A stretch of DNA of 64,000 bases from Verrucomicrobiota bacterium (GCA_039818205.1 JBCBUK010000002.1:448001-512000); one strand, 5' to 3'; shown: positions 1 to 10,209, counted from the first letter of the stretch. The notes: generated from the sequence alone by a model not told the origin. Program-made: numbers and translations.

Positions 1-147
1 GGCGCTGTATCCGATTGAGATCAGGAGTGGTTTGCCCGTGCGCTCTGCTTCGGCCCGAGCCTCCTCACCCCAGGGGTACCAATCGACGGGATTGTCGGCG
101 TGTTGGCGCAAATATAGGCTGTTCGATTCGGCGAGTCGGTTTGGCAT
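1..147 (-). CDS. YyaL/DUF255-type thioredoxin-domain protein, N-terminal part (runs off window)
   Basis: Not in ORF track. Manual translation from ATG 147 gives [49 protein letters not shown], the typical N-terminus of YyaL/SPATA20-like proteins. Confidence 0.9.
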   Translation of the reverse strand, partial: MPNRLAESNSLYLRQHADNPVDWYPWGEEARAEAERTGKPLLISIGYSA

Positions 148-152
148 GAGAG

Positions 153-335
153 TTACTTAAACGATGAAACAATTAATCTCAGAACCGCAAATGCGGCGGT
201 TCCTACTACTGCTAAAACGGCAATTGCGCAACCGACCGGGATTTGTCGAGCGCCAGCACCACAACGACCGCAATAGTCCTCTTCTGGCCTAATGGGGTTG
301 TCGCAATCTTTGCAATTGGTGGGCTTCTTGAGCAT
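153..335 (-). CDS. small zinc-ribbon membrane protein
   Basis: CKDC-x10-CGRC followed by a hydrophobic C-terminal helix; stop lies 5 nt before the next minus-strand ATG. Confidence 0.65.
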   Translation of the reverse strand: MLKKPTNCKDCDNPIRPEEDYCGRCGAGARQIPVGCAIAVLAVVGTAAFAVLRLIVSSFK

Positions 336-504
336 CGTGCAAGCTTTGGGGTCCGGCGGGCTTAGTCAAGCGCAGGGCTTTGGCTTCCGTTTTCTGCCCT
401 GTTTGTGGGTGATTTCTCAACTTTCCGTGTTTCTTTCTGGAAAGCCCGGTCGGCGTTCGCGTATCCTAATCCTTTGATTTTTCAACGTTGAGCCGCACCC
501 AATC

Positions 505-2466
505 GTGACCGATTCCGCCAAAAGTCCCGTCGATTCTCCACCCATTCGGGTGTTGTCGGACCGTGTGGTCAATCAGATTGCTGCCGGAGAGGTCATCGAG
601 CGTCCAGCAGCCGTGGTCAAAGAGCTGGTCGAGAATTCGCTGGACGCAGGATCGACCCGGGTTGAGGTGGAGTTTCGCCATGGCGGCAAGAGCTATATCC
701 GCATCGAGGACAACGGCTGCGGGATGCGCCCTGACGACGCATTGTTGGCCCTCGAGCGGCACGCAACCAGCAAACTTCGCGAGGCTGATGACTTGTTGAA
801 GATCACGAGCCTTGGTTTCCGCGGAGAAGCGTTACCGTCAATCGCGAGTGTTAGCCGATTCACGCTCAAAACCCGCCGTAGTGATTGGGACCATGGGACC
901 GAGATTTTTGTCAACGGTGGTAAGATGATTCATCAGCGGGAGTGCGGGATGCCACCGGGTACGCGAATCGAGGTTGTCCATTTGTTCAACAGTGTGCCCG
1001 CGCGACGGAAATTCCTCAAAACCGACAATACGGAGGCTGCGCACATCGTGCATCTCGTGCGCTTGTTGGCGGTGGCCCGCCCCGAGGTTGCCTTTACGCT
1101 GATCGAGAATGGTCGTACGGTTTTTCGATCGCCTGAATGCCCGACGATGAACGACCGGGTTGCGGAGATCTGGGGGCGTCAGGTTGCGGATCAGTTGATT
1201 GAGCTCCCGGAAGCAGATGGTAAAAATGGTCTGCGGATCAAGGGGCTCATTGGGCAACCGGGCGTTGGGCGCTCGACTCGTCGCGAGATGATTGCCCTCG
1301 TCAACGGACGGGCGGTCGATAGTCGGACCCTCAACTATGCGCTGATCGAGGGCTACCACACTTTCATTCCCAAGGGACGTTATCCAATTGCATTTCTTTT
1401 TCTAGAGATCGATCCCGCAGCCGTTGACGTCAATATTCACCCCGCAAAGCGTGAAATTCGCTTTCGCGACGAAGGCACGGTGCGTCGCTTTGTGCTCACT
1501 CAGGTCCAGGATCGGTTGCGGGCTGCAGCTCAAGTGCAGTTCCCGATTCGCGGTGATGTGCAGTCGGCACCTCCCGATGAGGCAGCAACGGTGGCAGCAA
1601 AGATTCTTGAATCTACCGAGCCCAAGAAGGCCGGCGCGCCCGCGCCCGCGATTCAGCCCGGGCCCAGAGCGAAGGAAGAACCTAGCTATCCCCGCACCCA
1701 GCCGAAGCCAGCTTCGGAGGAGTTTAAGCGCCAGTATGTCGAGCCGAGTTCGTCCGTGAAGGCGGCGAGTCCGGCGAAATCTGCTCAGCCATTAAAGGTG
1801 GCGAAAGGCCAGGTCCAACCGTCTCCGCTCACAGGCGAGCAGGAAGCGCCGCCGGCTACTGATGCGTCATTAAAGCCGGCACCGCGTCGCTTTCGCGGGC
1901 GTTTGATTGGTCGGCTGAAGATCGATTATGCGCTGTTTGAAACGGAGAGCGGACTCATGGTTTTGCGGTTGCGTGCGGCCCACGAGCGAGTCCAATTCGA
2001 GCGCATCGTCGAGCATTTCAAAGCACAGAAAATCGCGCAGCAACAACTCTTGTTTCCGGTGCCGATGGAATTTGACCCGCGGTCCTCGGCGGCCTTGCAA
2101 GAGCAGTTGGAGTGGATCCAGTCGCATGGGTTTTCCGTGGAAGAGTTTGGCCGAAATTTTTACCGGATGGAGGCGCATCCAGATTGGTTGCCCGAAGGGC
2201 AGGCTGAGCGTTTTTTCCGGGACTTGGTCGACCGCCTTCGCGAGGGCGATATCGACCCGAGTCAAGTGAGCTTGGCGCATGAGCAACTCGCAAAGCTCGC
2301 CGCGACGCGGGCGGTCCGCATGGCGGACGATTTGCCAGATCGCGCGGTCGAGGAATTGGCCGAGCAATTGTTTTCCTGTGATCATCCATTGGCGTGTCCG
2401 AACGGGCGGCCCACGATCATCGAGCTATCCGCCAATGATCTGCGCAAGCGTTTCGGCCTAAGCTAA
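505..2466 (+). CDS. mutL: DNA mismatch repair protein MutL
   Basis: NQIAAGEVIERP, KELVENSLDAG, RHATSKL, GFRGEALPSI, DVNIHPAKREIRF; C-terminal domain with CPNGRP. Confidence 0.97.
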   Translation: MTDSAKSPVDSPPIRVLSDRVVNQIAAGEVIERPAAVVKELVENSLDAGSTRVEVEFRHGGKSYIRIEDNGCGMRPDDALLALERHATSKLREADDLLKITSLGFRGEALPSIASVSRFTLKTRRSDWDHGTEIFVNGGKMIHQRECGMPPGTRIEVVHLFNSVPARRKFLKTDNTEAAHIVHLVRLLAVARPEVAFTLIENGRTVFRSPECPTMNDRVAEIWGRQVADQLIELPEADGKNGLRIKGLIGQPGVGRSTRREMIALVNGRAVDSRTLNYALIEGYHTFIPKGRYPIAFLFLEIDPAAVDVNIHPAKREIRFRDEGTVRRFVLTQVQDRLRAAAQVQFPIRGDVQSAPPDEAATVAAKILESTEPKKAGAPAPAIQPGPRAKEEPSYPRTQPKPASEEFKRQYVEPSSSVKAASPAKSAQPLKVAKGQVQPSPLTGEQEAPPATDASLKPAPRRFRGRLIGRLKIDYALFETESGLMVLRLRAAHERVQFERIVEHFKAQKIAQQQLLFPVPMEFDPRSSAALQEQLEWIQSHGFSVEEFGRNFYRMEAHPDWLPEGQAERFFRDLVDRLREGDIDPSQVSLAHEQLAKLAATRAVRMADDLPDRAVEELAEQLFSCDHPLACPNGRPTIIELSANDLRKRFGLS

Positions 2467-2592
2467 TCGCTTGTGGATAGTTCTTGATTATTTCTTTGAG
2501 GACGACCAATCATGGTCTGATTGTTATTTGCCGAGGTGTTAGGGGCGATGAGGCGGCTTCGCGGCGGGAGAAAAATTTTACAAGGATTGGTG

Positions 2593-3234
2593 ATGGATCG
2601 AAGAAAACTAAATTTGCGGGCAATTTTCGGAGGATTAACTGTCGCGTTGCTTGGCCTGTTTGGCGGCGGCTGTGCGCTCGTCGACAACGAGCTGGATTTG
2701 CAATATGCCCCATCGGCGGATAGCCCAATCCAGGAGATCCCGTCGCGTTCGGTGTACCTTGAAGTCATGGATTTACGACCTGACTTTGAACAACACCGCG
2801 TCGGTAAAATCTATAATGGTTACGGTGCCCACACGGCTGACATAAAACTTAGGGAACCCGCGGTTGACGAGATTCGCCAAGCCATGGTCGCAGAATTGGA
2901 GGCGGCTGGGCACAGAATCGTCGACTCCGTTGATCAGGCGCAGGTGAAAGTGTTCTTAAAGGTCGAAGAGATTGACCTCCGTCCAAAACTGGGAACCTGG
3001 GATGTCGAATTGTCGGCGGAGATTGAGGGCGACGTGAGCATCTACAACCCGCCCAATTCGCGCCAACCTGTTTCGATCTCGGCGAGTGGATCCGACGTTG
3101 CGCGTGAAGCAATGATCGTCGAAAGCACCCGTGAGGAAGCGTTGAACCGGGCGCTTGTTGAGTTTATTCAGTCTATTGTTCGCAATCCCCAGTTTATCAA
3201 TGCGCTGGGAGGGCCGACTGCTGGAAACGGATAA
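2593..3234 (+). CDS. YajG-like lipoprotein
   Basis: Signal peptide ending in GGG-C, V-x-D-x-R motif and alpha/beta pattern of YajG-type lipoproteins; ATG 2593 preferred over TTG 2521. Confidence 0.65.
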   Translation: MDRRKLNLRAIFGGLTVALLGLFGGGCALVDNELDLQYAPSADSPIQEIPSRSVYLEVMDLRPDFEQHRVGKIYNGYGAHTADIKLREPAVDEIRQAMVAELEAAGHRIVDSVDQAQVKVFLKVEEIDLRPKLGTWDVELSAEIEGDVSIYNPPNSRQPVSISASGSDVAREAMIVESTREEALNRALVEFIQSIVRNPQFINALGGPTAGNG

Positions 3235-3252
3235 CCCGCACGCTTCAATTCG

Positions 3253-3462
3253 CTAGAGGTCGATGTAATAGTTCTCTTTGATCGGCCCGCGAATGGAGCT
3301 TTCTTGGTCGGCGGCTGGGATTTGACCGGACTTCTCCAACTGCTCCTCACTCGTCCGAACCGTCTTGCGCAGCTCAGCGGATTGTTTCTGCTGCTCGGGC
3401 GTCGGCGTGGAGGTACAGCCAATTAATGTTAGCGAAATGAGGCTAAGAACCAGCAGCTTCAT
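3253..3462 (-). CDS. small lipoprotein
   Basis: MKLLVLSLISLTLIG-C lipobox; ATG overlaps the stop of the upstream arylesterase (ATGA). Confidence 0.75.
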   Translation of the reverse strand: MKLLVLSLISLTLIGCTSTPTPEQQKQSAELRKTVRTSEEQLEKSGQIPAADQESSIRGPIKENYYIDL

Positions 3463-4181
3463 TGGTCGCTGCCTTGCTCTTTGCGCTTCTCGACGAGTAG
3501 CGGTTCGATCACGGGCCACAAGTTGTCTGCCATGACCTTTTGCCCTTTCTCATTGGGATGCATCTGGTCCGGCAGATTCAGTTCTGGCCGACCGGCAACG
3601 CCTTCTAACAAAAATGGAATCAACGTCGCATTGTTCGCTTCCGCTACTTCGATGAAGGCATCTCTAAAGCGGGTGCGGTAGTCTTCGCCTAGGTTGGGTG
3701 GCATCAACATGCCAGCGACCACGAGCCTTGCGCCTGGAAATTGGTTGCGAACCTGTTTGAGGATCGCGTTCAGGTTGCTGGTCATTGCGTCGACTGAATG
3801 CCCGCGCAGACCATCATTCGCGCCGAGCGCCAGCATGAACAGGCCGAGGTCTTCGTGCGAGCGCGAGACGCCCTTGAGCGCCCAATTCAGACGTTTCAGG
3901 CCACCTTTGGAGGTTTCGCCGCTAACGGCTGACGAAACCACGGTGAATTCGTTGGCCAAACCAGCGTCCTCGATCTTTTCCTGGAGCAACGCTGGGTAGC
4001 CCAGGGACGGGTCAATGCCGAAGGCGGCCGTCAGGCTGTCACCATAAAAGACGACTGCCTGAGTATTGGCCTCCGTGCGAGACGTGGCCATGGCGATTGC
4101 TAAACCAAGGGCGACGGCGACAAATGAAGCCACCCAACGACGCCGATTGGTGATAGAGAAGGGGATATTGTTTTTGCTCAT
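3459..4181 (-). CDS. tesA: SGNH/GDSL arylesterase (TesA-like)
   Basis: GDSL, SGETS, LGANDGLRG, DQMHPN motifs; N-terminal signal; divergent from ybbA/ybbP-like genes as in E. coli. Confidence 0.88.
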   Translation of the reverse strand: MSKNNIPFSITNRRRWVASFVAVALGLAIAMATSRTEANTQAVVFYGDSLTAAFGIDPSLGYPALLQEKIEDAGLANEFTVVSSAVSGETSKGGLKRLNWALKGVSRSHEDLGLFMLALGANDGLRGHSVDAMTSNLNAILKQVRNQFPGARLVVAGMLMPPNLGEDYRTRFRDAFIEVAEANNATLIPFLLEGVAGRPELNLPDQMHPNEKGQKVMADNLWPVIEPLLVEKRKEQGSDQ

Positions 4182-4221
4182 CGGTTGCAATTTAACCTAA
4201 GCATGTTCATCCATAGAAGCA

Positions 4222-4938
4222 ATGCCGCAACGACGTATTTTGCCAATCGATGATGCACCCGTTCTCAAGGCCACCGCTGTTCACAAAACTTACACAGCGG
4301 CGCACGGAGACTTGGAGATCCTGCGCGGAGTGGATTTTAGCCTGGAGGCGGGTGAGACGCTAGCGATCGTCGGCCCATCGGGCTGTGGGAAAACCACATT
4401 GCTTGGGCTTTGTGCCGGTTTGGATGATCCGACTTCGGGCAGCATTGGGCTGCAAGGCGTATCCTGGAACGAGCTAACAGAGGATGAGCGCGCCGCATAC
4501 CGGAATCAACACGTGGGGTTTGTGTTTCAAAATTTTCAACTGATTCCAACCCTCACCGCCCGCGAGAATATTCTGGCCCCGCTTGAGCTTCGGGGGGAGC
4601 GCGGTGTCGGCAAGCGGGCTGATGAATGGCTGGAGAAAGTCGGTCTGGCCGACCGTCACGACCACTATCCCATCCAGCTCTCGGGTGGAGAGCAGCAACG
4701 GGTCGCTCTAGCCCGAGCCTTCATTAACGATCCCAAGATCCTCTTCGCGGACGAGCCGACGGGTAACCTGGACCCGGAGACGGGTGAACGGATTGAAGAG
4801 CTGCTGTTTGAGCTGAACCGCGATCATGGCGCCACCTTGGTTCTAGTAACGCATGACCTCCGACTCGCCGCTCGCTGCCAACACCGGCTCGCCATGCGAA
4901 GCGGCCGCATCGAACAAATCGAGGGCTTGTCCGCATGA
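4222..4938 (+). CDS. ABC transporter ATP-binding protein (YbbA/LolD-like)
   Basis: Walker [31 protein letters not shown]. Confidence 0.95.
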   Translation: MPQRRILPIDDAPVLKATAVHKTYTAAHGDLEILRGVDFSLEAGETLAIVGPSGCGKTTLLGLCAGLDDPTSGSIGLQGVSWNELTEDERAAYRNQHVGFVFQNFQLIPTLTARENILAPLELRGERGVGKRADEWLEKVGLADRHDHYPIQLSGGEQQRVALARAFINDPKILFADEPTGNLDPETGERIEELLFELNRDHGATLVLVTHDLRLAARCQHRLAMRSGRIEQIEGLSA

Positions 4939-5008
4939 GGTTGAATCTTGTGGTTATGACGCTGGATCGGCGGTTCTTGGCGACCGGCAATTGCATGATA
5001 GTTGAATC

Positions 5009-7528
5009 ATGAGTTTCACGATCCAGACGGCGTGGCGCGACGCCCGGTCTCAGCGCAAACGCTTGTTGCTCTGTGCGATTTCGATTGTCTTTGGAGTGGC
5101 CGCATTGGTCGCGATCAATTCGTTTGGGGATAACCTGCGGGTCGCGATCGACAAGAAAACGCTCACCCTCCTCGGGTCTGATTTACAGCTAACCTCGCGC
5201 ACCGAATTTTCGGATCGGGCCGAGCGCTGGTTCTTCAATCTGGGCGGGGAGCAAAGCCGTGAGACGCGCTTTAGTTCCATGGCTTACTTTCCGGAGACCG
5301 ATGACACACGGTTGGTTCAGGTGCGTGCGGTCGAAGGTGGATTTCCGTATTATGGAGAGTTTGAAACCTTGCCCTCGGGTATTGATGTCGCGGGCGCTGG
5401 CGAGCCGATCGCCGTGGTGGATCCCTTGCTGATGTCGTTGTTTGAGCTCGAGCCGGGCGATCCGATTAAACTTGGTCAAGTGACCTTTACAATTGCTGGC
5501 CGCATTCTGGAGTTACCAGGGGAATCAGCTTTTGCCGGGATCTTTGCACCCCGGGTCTTCATTCCGATGGAGTATTTGGAAGCTACCGGTTTGGTTGGCT
5601 ACGGGACGATCGCGTTCCACCGCGTTAACTTCAAGTTGCCCGATGGTGTTGATGCAGACGAAGCGGTCATGGGCCGGTCGGCAATGTTGGCGGATGACCG
5701 CGTCTCGTTTGACACGGTGGCAACCCGCAAAGAAGAATTGGGGCAAAATCTCAAAAACCTTTATCGTTTTTTTAACCTCGTCGGGATGATTGCACTGCTG
5801 TTGGGGGGCGTCGGAGTTGCCGGGGCCGTCCAAGCCTATCTGAAGGGCAAACTGGAATCTGTTGCGGTGCTGCGCTGTTTGGGTTGTTCGGTGGGGGCAG
5901 CTTGTCGGGTTTTTCTTTGGCAGGTTTTGAGCGTCACGTTTGTCGGTGCGTTGATTGGTGCTCTGCTTGGAGTCCTAGTTCAGGTATGGGTGCCGCGGGT
6001 GGTTGGGCCACTATTGCCGTTCTCGGTGGATACGTTCATAAGCTGGCCCCGTATCGTCGAAGGGCTTGGTTTTGGCTGGCTCATCGCCGCGATGTTCGCG
6101 TTTCTACCGCTTGCGCCGTTGCGCCGGGTGAGCCCCTTACGGGCCTTACGGGCGAGTTATCAGCCGAAGCCGAAGTTTGACCCCGTCGTCTTTGGGATCT
6201 GGGCGTTCCTGGCGGTCGCGTTAATTGGCTTCTGTGCGACGCAAACGCAGACGCCATGGCATGGTGGCGCTTTTGGCGTGGGCCTTGGCCTTGCGCTGGG
6301 GATCTTCGCCCTGGTTGCGCTTCTGTTCCGCAAGTTGCTAATTTCGTTTGGTGGTCGCAATGGCCCCTATATTTGGAAGCAGGGACTCGCCAATTTGCAT
6401 CGGCCCAACAATCGCACGGTGTTTTTGGTCACGACTTTGGGGATGGGGGCCTTCTTGATTCAGACTTTATTTTTAATCGAAGGCGTCCTGCTCAACGATG
6501 TGGAACTCGTCGATGACGATCGTGAGCCAAATGTTCTCTTTTACGATATTCAACCCGACCAGCAGCAAGGTTTTGCTGATATCGTGGAAGAAGTGGGGCT
6601 GACCATCGCCGATGCCGCCCCCATGGTCGCGATGCGTTTGGAGGTGGTGGCCGGGCGCACGGTTGCCGAGATCAAGATGGATAAGAACAAGACCATTGAT
6701 GATTGGATATTGAATCGCGAATGGCGTTCTACCTGGAGAGATAAGACGACCATCACCGAGGAGATCGTGGCAGGCGAGTTTGTGGGTGCATGGGATGGCA
6801 AGGAGCCGATACCGATTTCCCTGGAAGATGACATGGCTAGTGACTTGGGTATCGGCCTAGGCGACACCTTGGTATTTGATGTGCAGGGTTTCCCGATGGA
6901 GACGGAGGTTGCGTCCTTGCGTAAAGTGGATTGGAAACGCATGCGGCCAAACTTTTTCGCGGTATTCCCGGAGGGTGTATTGGAGGAAGCACCGACCTGG
7001 CACATTGCTTTTGTGCGCACGCCCAATCCGGATTCGCTCGCTGCTTTGCAACGCAAAGTTGTTCGAGAGTACCCCAACGTTTCAGCCGTAGACCTGAGTG
7101 TGGTCTTGGATGGCCTGAGAGAAATTCTGGGACGGGTGGCATTTGCGCTTCGATTCATGGCGTCCTTTACCTTGCTCACAGGGGTTGTGGTGCTGGCCTC
7201 GGCGGTTATCACAAGTCGCTATCAGCGATTTCGTGAAAGTGTACTCTTGCGGACGATCGGAGCGACCGCGTCGCAGATCCGCACCATCATGTCGATCGAG
7301 TACATTGCCGTTGGCCTCCTGGCAGGAATTGTCGGGGCCTTGTTGGCGTGGGTTGCGGCCGCTGGCTTGGCGATCTGGGTTTTTGAGACCAATGTGCCGG
7401 TTCCAATCCTGGGAAGCTTGCTAACGATCATCGTTACCGCTGGCTTAACGTTGCTTACTGGCTTGCTCAACAGCCGCGGTATCTCGAATAGTCCACCCTT
7501 GGCGGTGCTTCGTTCGGAATCGACCTAG
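5009..7528 (+). CDS. ABC transporter permease (YbbP/FtsX-like, two halves)
   Basis: Duplicated MacB/FtsX-type topology, AVEGGFPYYG, R-x-VDW-x3-PNFF, LRxLG motifs. Confidence 0.9.
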   Translation: MSFTIQTAWRDARSQRKRLLLCAISIVFGVAALVAINSFGDNLRVAIDKKTLTLLGSDLQLTSRTEFSDRAERWFFNLGGEQSRETRFSSMAYFPETDDTRLVQVRAVEGGFPYYGEFETLPSGIDVAGAGEPIAVVDPLLMSLFELEPGDPIKLGQVTFTIAGRILELPGESAFAGIFAPRVFIPMEYLEATGLVGYGTIAFHRVNFKLPDGVDADEAVMGRSAMLADDRVSFDTVATRKEELGQNLKNLYRFFNLVGMIALLLGGVGVAGAVQAYLKGKLESVAVLRCLGCSVGAACRVFLWQVLSVTFVGALIGALLGVLVQVWVPRVVGPLLPFSVDTFISWPRIVEGLGFGWLIAAMFAFLPLAPLRRVSPLRALRASYQPKPKFDPVVFGIWAFLAVALIGFCATQTQTPWHGGAFGVGLGLALGIFALVALLFRKLLISFGGRNGPYIWKQGLANLHRPNNRTVFLVTTLGMGAFLIQTLFLIEGVLLNDVELVDDDREPNVLFYDIQPDQQQGFADIVEEVGLTIADAAPMVAMRLEVVAGRTVAEIKMDKNKTIDDWILNREWRSTWRDKTTITEEIVAGEFVGAWDGKEPIPISLEDDMASDLGIGLGDTLVFDVQGFPMETEVASLRKVDWKRMRPNFFAVFPEGVLEEAPTWHIAFVRTPNPDSLAALQRKVVREYPNVSAVDLSVVLDGLREILGRVAFALRFMASFTLLTGVVVLASAVITSRYQRFRESVLLRTIGATASQIRTIMSIEYIAVGLLAGIVGALLAWVAAAGLAIWVFETNVPVPILGSLLTIIVTAGLTLLTGLLNSRGISNSPPLAVLRSEST

Positions 7529-7587
7529 GCTAAGCTGCTACCGGCCATCGGGTAACAGCTCGCGAGGAGGGCGAGGGTTGCCGTGGT

Positions 7588-7980
7588 CTAAAGCTTCTTG
7601 CCTGGTCCCGGCTCGACTGACCAAACGGGTGGCTCTTTAAACTGATCGGCAAGCTTCTGAGTGGTACGTTCTAGGCGAGCGGCCAGAGTTTTGATAATCT
7701 TCACCGCAATCTGCGGGCGCTCGGAGATCAAGCTTTCGACGTCGGAGTCCGCGCAGTGAACGAGACGGCAATTGGTCTTGGCTCGGACCGTTGCTGTCCG
7801 TGGTTTTCCTAAAATATCACCCATTTCGCCGAAAATAGTTCCGGGAAACATCAGCACATTAAGCAGCAGGCCATCCTTATAAATTTCGACGGCACCTGAC
7901 TTCAGGATGTAAAAACCCTGACCTTGTTCTCCCTGCTCAATAATCGTATTGCCGGCTTCGACTTCAAATTCGCGATCCAT
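7588..7980 (-). CDS. stand-alone cyclic nucleotide-binding domain protein
   Basis: IIEQGE, FYILKSGAVEI, FGEM...PRTATVRA cassette; no HTH. Confidence 0.88.
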   Translation of the reverse strand: MDREFEVEAGNTIIEQGEQGQGFYILKSGAVEIYKDGLLLNVLMFPGTIFGEMGDILGKPRTATVRAKTNCRLVHCADSDVESLISERPQIAVKIIKTLAARLERTTQKLADQFKEPPVWSVEPGPGKKL

Positions 7981-8079
7981 GATACGTTGCTAGTGGGTTT
8001 AATTGATACTGATTCGTCCAAGCGGGGCAAGCAATTCTCTCGCTTGCTAATTTATGGAAATCAACTAAATCTGTAATTT

Positions 8080-9108
8080 ATGAATACTGCAAGCCAGTCT
8101 ATTCGCGTCGGCCTGTTTTTCCTTTTGGGGATGGCGCTGGCTTGGATCGCCTACGAGACCCTCTCGGGCTCAAGCCTGGAGCGGTCCAGCGGCTACCGCC
8201 TCGACGCGACCTTCGATAATCTGCAACAACTCAAGCCCAGTGACGAGGTTCGCATGGCGGGCGTGCGCATCGGAAACGTTGCGGAAACCCGGCTCGATGG
8301 CACCCGCGCCGTCGCAATTTTATTAATTGATTCACAAATCAAAATCCCTGCGGATTCCCAGGCGACGATCACAACCGCAGGTTTGCTCGGGACCAATTAC
8401 ATTTCCATTGTTCCTGGATCCGACTTGCAGAGCTTGGGCGACAAAGCACCCATCAACACCTTCGCCACGCCGGGCTTCAACGATGTTGTCGCTGAAGTTG
8501 GCAAGCTGGGGGAGCGCATGGATCAAGTTTTTGAGAAAGTCGAATCGTCGCTCGATAGTTTCGGTTCGGTCGCGGGAACCACCTCCAGTGAGTCCGACGA
8601 GGCCACTGGGCCAAGCTTGTTCGATAACCTCAACCAACTCGTCACTGAGAATCGCGTTACCATTCGCGAGACACTGGAAAACTTCCGCGTGATCAGCAAT
8701 GACATCGCGAAAGGCGAGGGGACAATTGGCAAGCTGGTCAAAGACCCCGCTGCCTATGACAAATTGATCGCGACCGCGGACGACATTCAAAAAGCCGCGA
8801 ATGACGCCTCGTCGCTGATGGCCGAAGCAGAATCGATCATGAGCGACGTCAAGCAGGGTGATGGAGCCCTGGGCGCGCTTATCTACGACCAGGATACCGG
8901 TACGGACATCAAGCTTGCTATCTCCAACGTAAAGGATTTCTCCGAGAAGCTAAATTCCACCGACAACTCGCTGGGTCGATTCCTGGCGGATGACGAGATG
9001 TATATTCAAGCCCAAGACACTTTGAGCAAGGTCAACGGAGCTGTCAGCCGATTTGATGACAGCGGACCGATTACGGCGGTTGGAATTCTCGCAACGGCGC
9101 TATTTTAA
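8080..9108 (+). CDS. MlaD/MCE family protein
   Basis: N-terminal TM (VGLFFL), VRMAGVRIGNV, GLLGTNYISIVPG, helical tail with GEGTIGKLV repeats. Confidence 0.9.
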   Translation: MNTASQSIRVGLFFLLGMALAWIAYETLSGSSLERSSGYRLDATFDNLQQLKPSDEVRMAGVRIGNVAETRLDGTRAVAILLIDSQIKIPADSQATITTAGLLGTNYISIVPGSDLQSLGDKAPINTFATPGFNDVVAEVGKLGERMDQVFEKVESSLDSFGSVAGTTSSESDEATGPSLFDNLNQLVTENRVTIRETLENFRVISNDIAKGEGTIGKLVKDPAAYDKLIATADDIQKAANDASSLMAEAESIMSDVKQGDGALGALIYDQDTGTDIKLAISNVKDFSEKLNSTDNSLGRFLADDEMYIQAQDTLSKVNGAVSRFDDSGPITAVGILATALF

Positions 9109-9183
9109 TCAATTTTTTAAGTTGTTGAATTTCAATAATTTATGGTTTTATTGGAGTTTTTTCGAATTTTTCTTCAGAAAAAA

Positions 9184-9209
9184 TGAACGAAACCCACTTT
9201 TAGGCCGTC
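9184..9209 (+). promoter_or_regulatory. putative ECF-sigma promoter
   Basis: TGAAC-N17-CGTC downstream of an AT-rich tract. Confidence 0.45.
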
Positions 9210-9216
9210 TTACTTC

Positions 9217-9324
9217 ATGTAGCTAACACCAGTTAAGTTAGAAATAGCGTTAGTTTCAGTCTAGTTTGTAGTTTGCATTTAGGTTAGAGAGGGTCGCTCG
9301 GAGGAGCGGCCCTTTCGTTTTGTT
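9217..9324 (+). ncRNA. candidate small RNA (~105 nt)
   Basis: Bounded by the ECF-like promoter and a strong terminator; no convincing ORF; repeated TAGTTT motifs. Confidence 0.4.
9287..9324 (+). terminator. intrinsic terminator
   Basis: 13-bp stem GAGAGGGTCGCTC/GAGCGGCCCTTTC (2 G-U pairs), 4-nt loop, followed by GTTTTGTT. Confidence 0.75.
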
Positions 9325-9374
9325 GGGGTTGCTGTTGGCTTTACACACCATTTCGGCGGCGTAATGTAATCCTC

Positions 9375-10124
9375 GTGGCCGGATTTCGTAGTTATTTTCC
9401 CAATGGAAACCTGAAAAAGGGACAACTTGTCTCCCTTTCCGCAATTGAGAGCCGTCACTTGGTGAAGGCGCTGCGGGCAAAGATTGGTGACCCGGTTACG
9501 CTATTCGACGGTCAGGGTGAGGCATGGACTGCCACCATAAATGGCGTTGGACGCGAAGCCGAGGTCTTGATCGGCGATGTTTTGCCAATTGAACCCGCTG
9601 GCCATGAGCTGATTCTTGGCCTTGGCATGTTAAAGGGGAAGGCAATGGATTCTGCGATCAAGCTCGCCGTCGAGATCGGTGCCACGTCGCTGTTCCCCTT
9701 GGCGACCGAGCGAACTGAGGTTCGTCTGGGCGCCGCGCGCGCTGAGTCCAAGCACGAGCATTGGCAGACCGTTGCGATCGAAGCGGCGAAGCAAAGTGGG
9801 AATCTAGGTGGCCTCGCGATCCATGCCCCCCAATCCCTTGCGTCCTGGACTGCTGGGTTGGACCATAAGCCGCTGCTAATTGTCGCCAGTTTGGAAGAAG
9901 GCGCCCAACCAATACTTGAAACTTTGGCGGCCTCGAACGGCTCAGTTTGTATCGCTGTGGGGCCCGAAGGCGATTTCTCACCATCCGAATATTTGGCCCT
10001 GGATGAAGCCGGCTTTTTGCCCGTGAGTTTTGGTTCGAATGTTCTGCGAGCAGAAACCGCCGTCGCCTATGCCTTGAGTGTCATTAAAGCGCACCATAGT
10101 GTGCAGGCTTCTGACTCAAAATAA
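9375..10124 (+). CDS. rsmE: 16S rRNA m3U1498 methyltransferase RsmE
   Basis: HLVKALR, EAAKQSG, VGPEGDFS, LRAETA motifs. Confidence 0.95.
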   Translation: MAGFRSYFPNGNLKKGQLVSLSAIESRHLVKALRAKIGDPVTLFDGQGEAWTATINGVGREAEVLIGDVLPIEPAGHELILGLGMLKGKAMDSAIKLAVEIGATSLFPLATERTEVRLGAARAESKHEHWQTVAIEAAKQSGNLGGLAIHAPQSLASWTAGLDHKPLLIVASLEEGAQPILETLAASNGSVCIAVGPEGDFSPSEYLALDEAGFLPVSFGSNVLRAETAVAYALSVIKAHHSVQASDSK

Positions 10125-10209
10125 TTTCCCTCACTTATGAGGGTTTACATTCAAACTTTAGCGTGCTATTCCCTTTACCTATTGTTTATACCCCAAGAGC
10201 ATTTCGGAT

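Noticed and set aside
2471..2480. DnaA-box-like TTGTGGATAG
   Set aside because: Single mismatched box with no cluster or origin context.
3459..7528. tesA-ybbA-ybbP-like cluster as a novel system
   Set aside because: The same divergent arrangement is known from E. coli.
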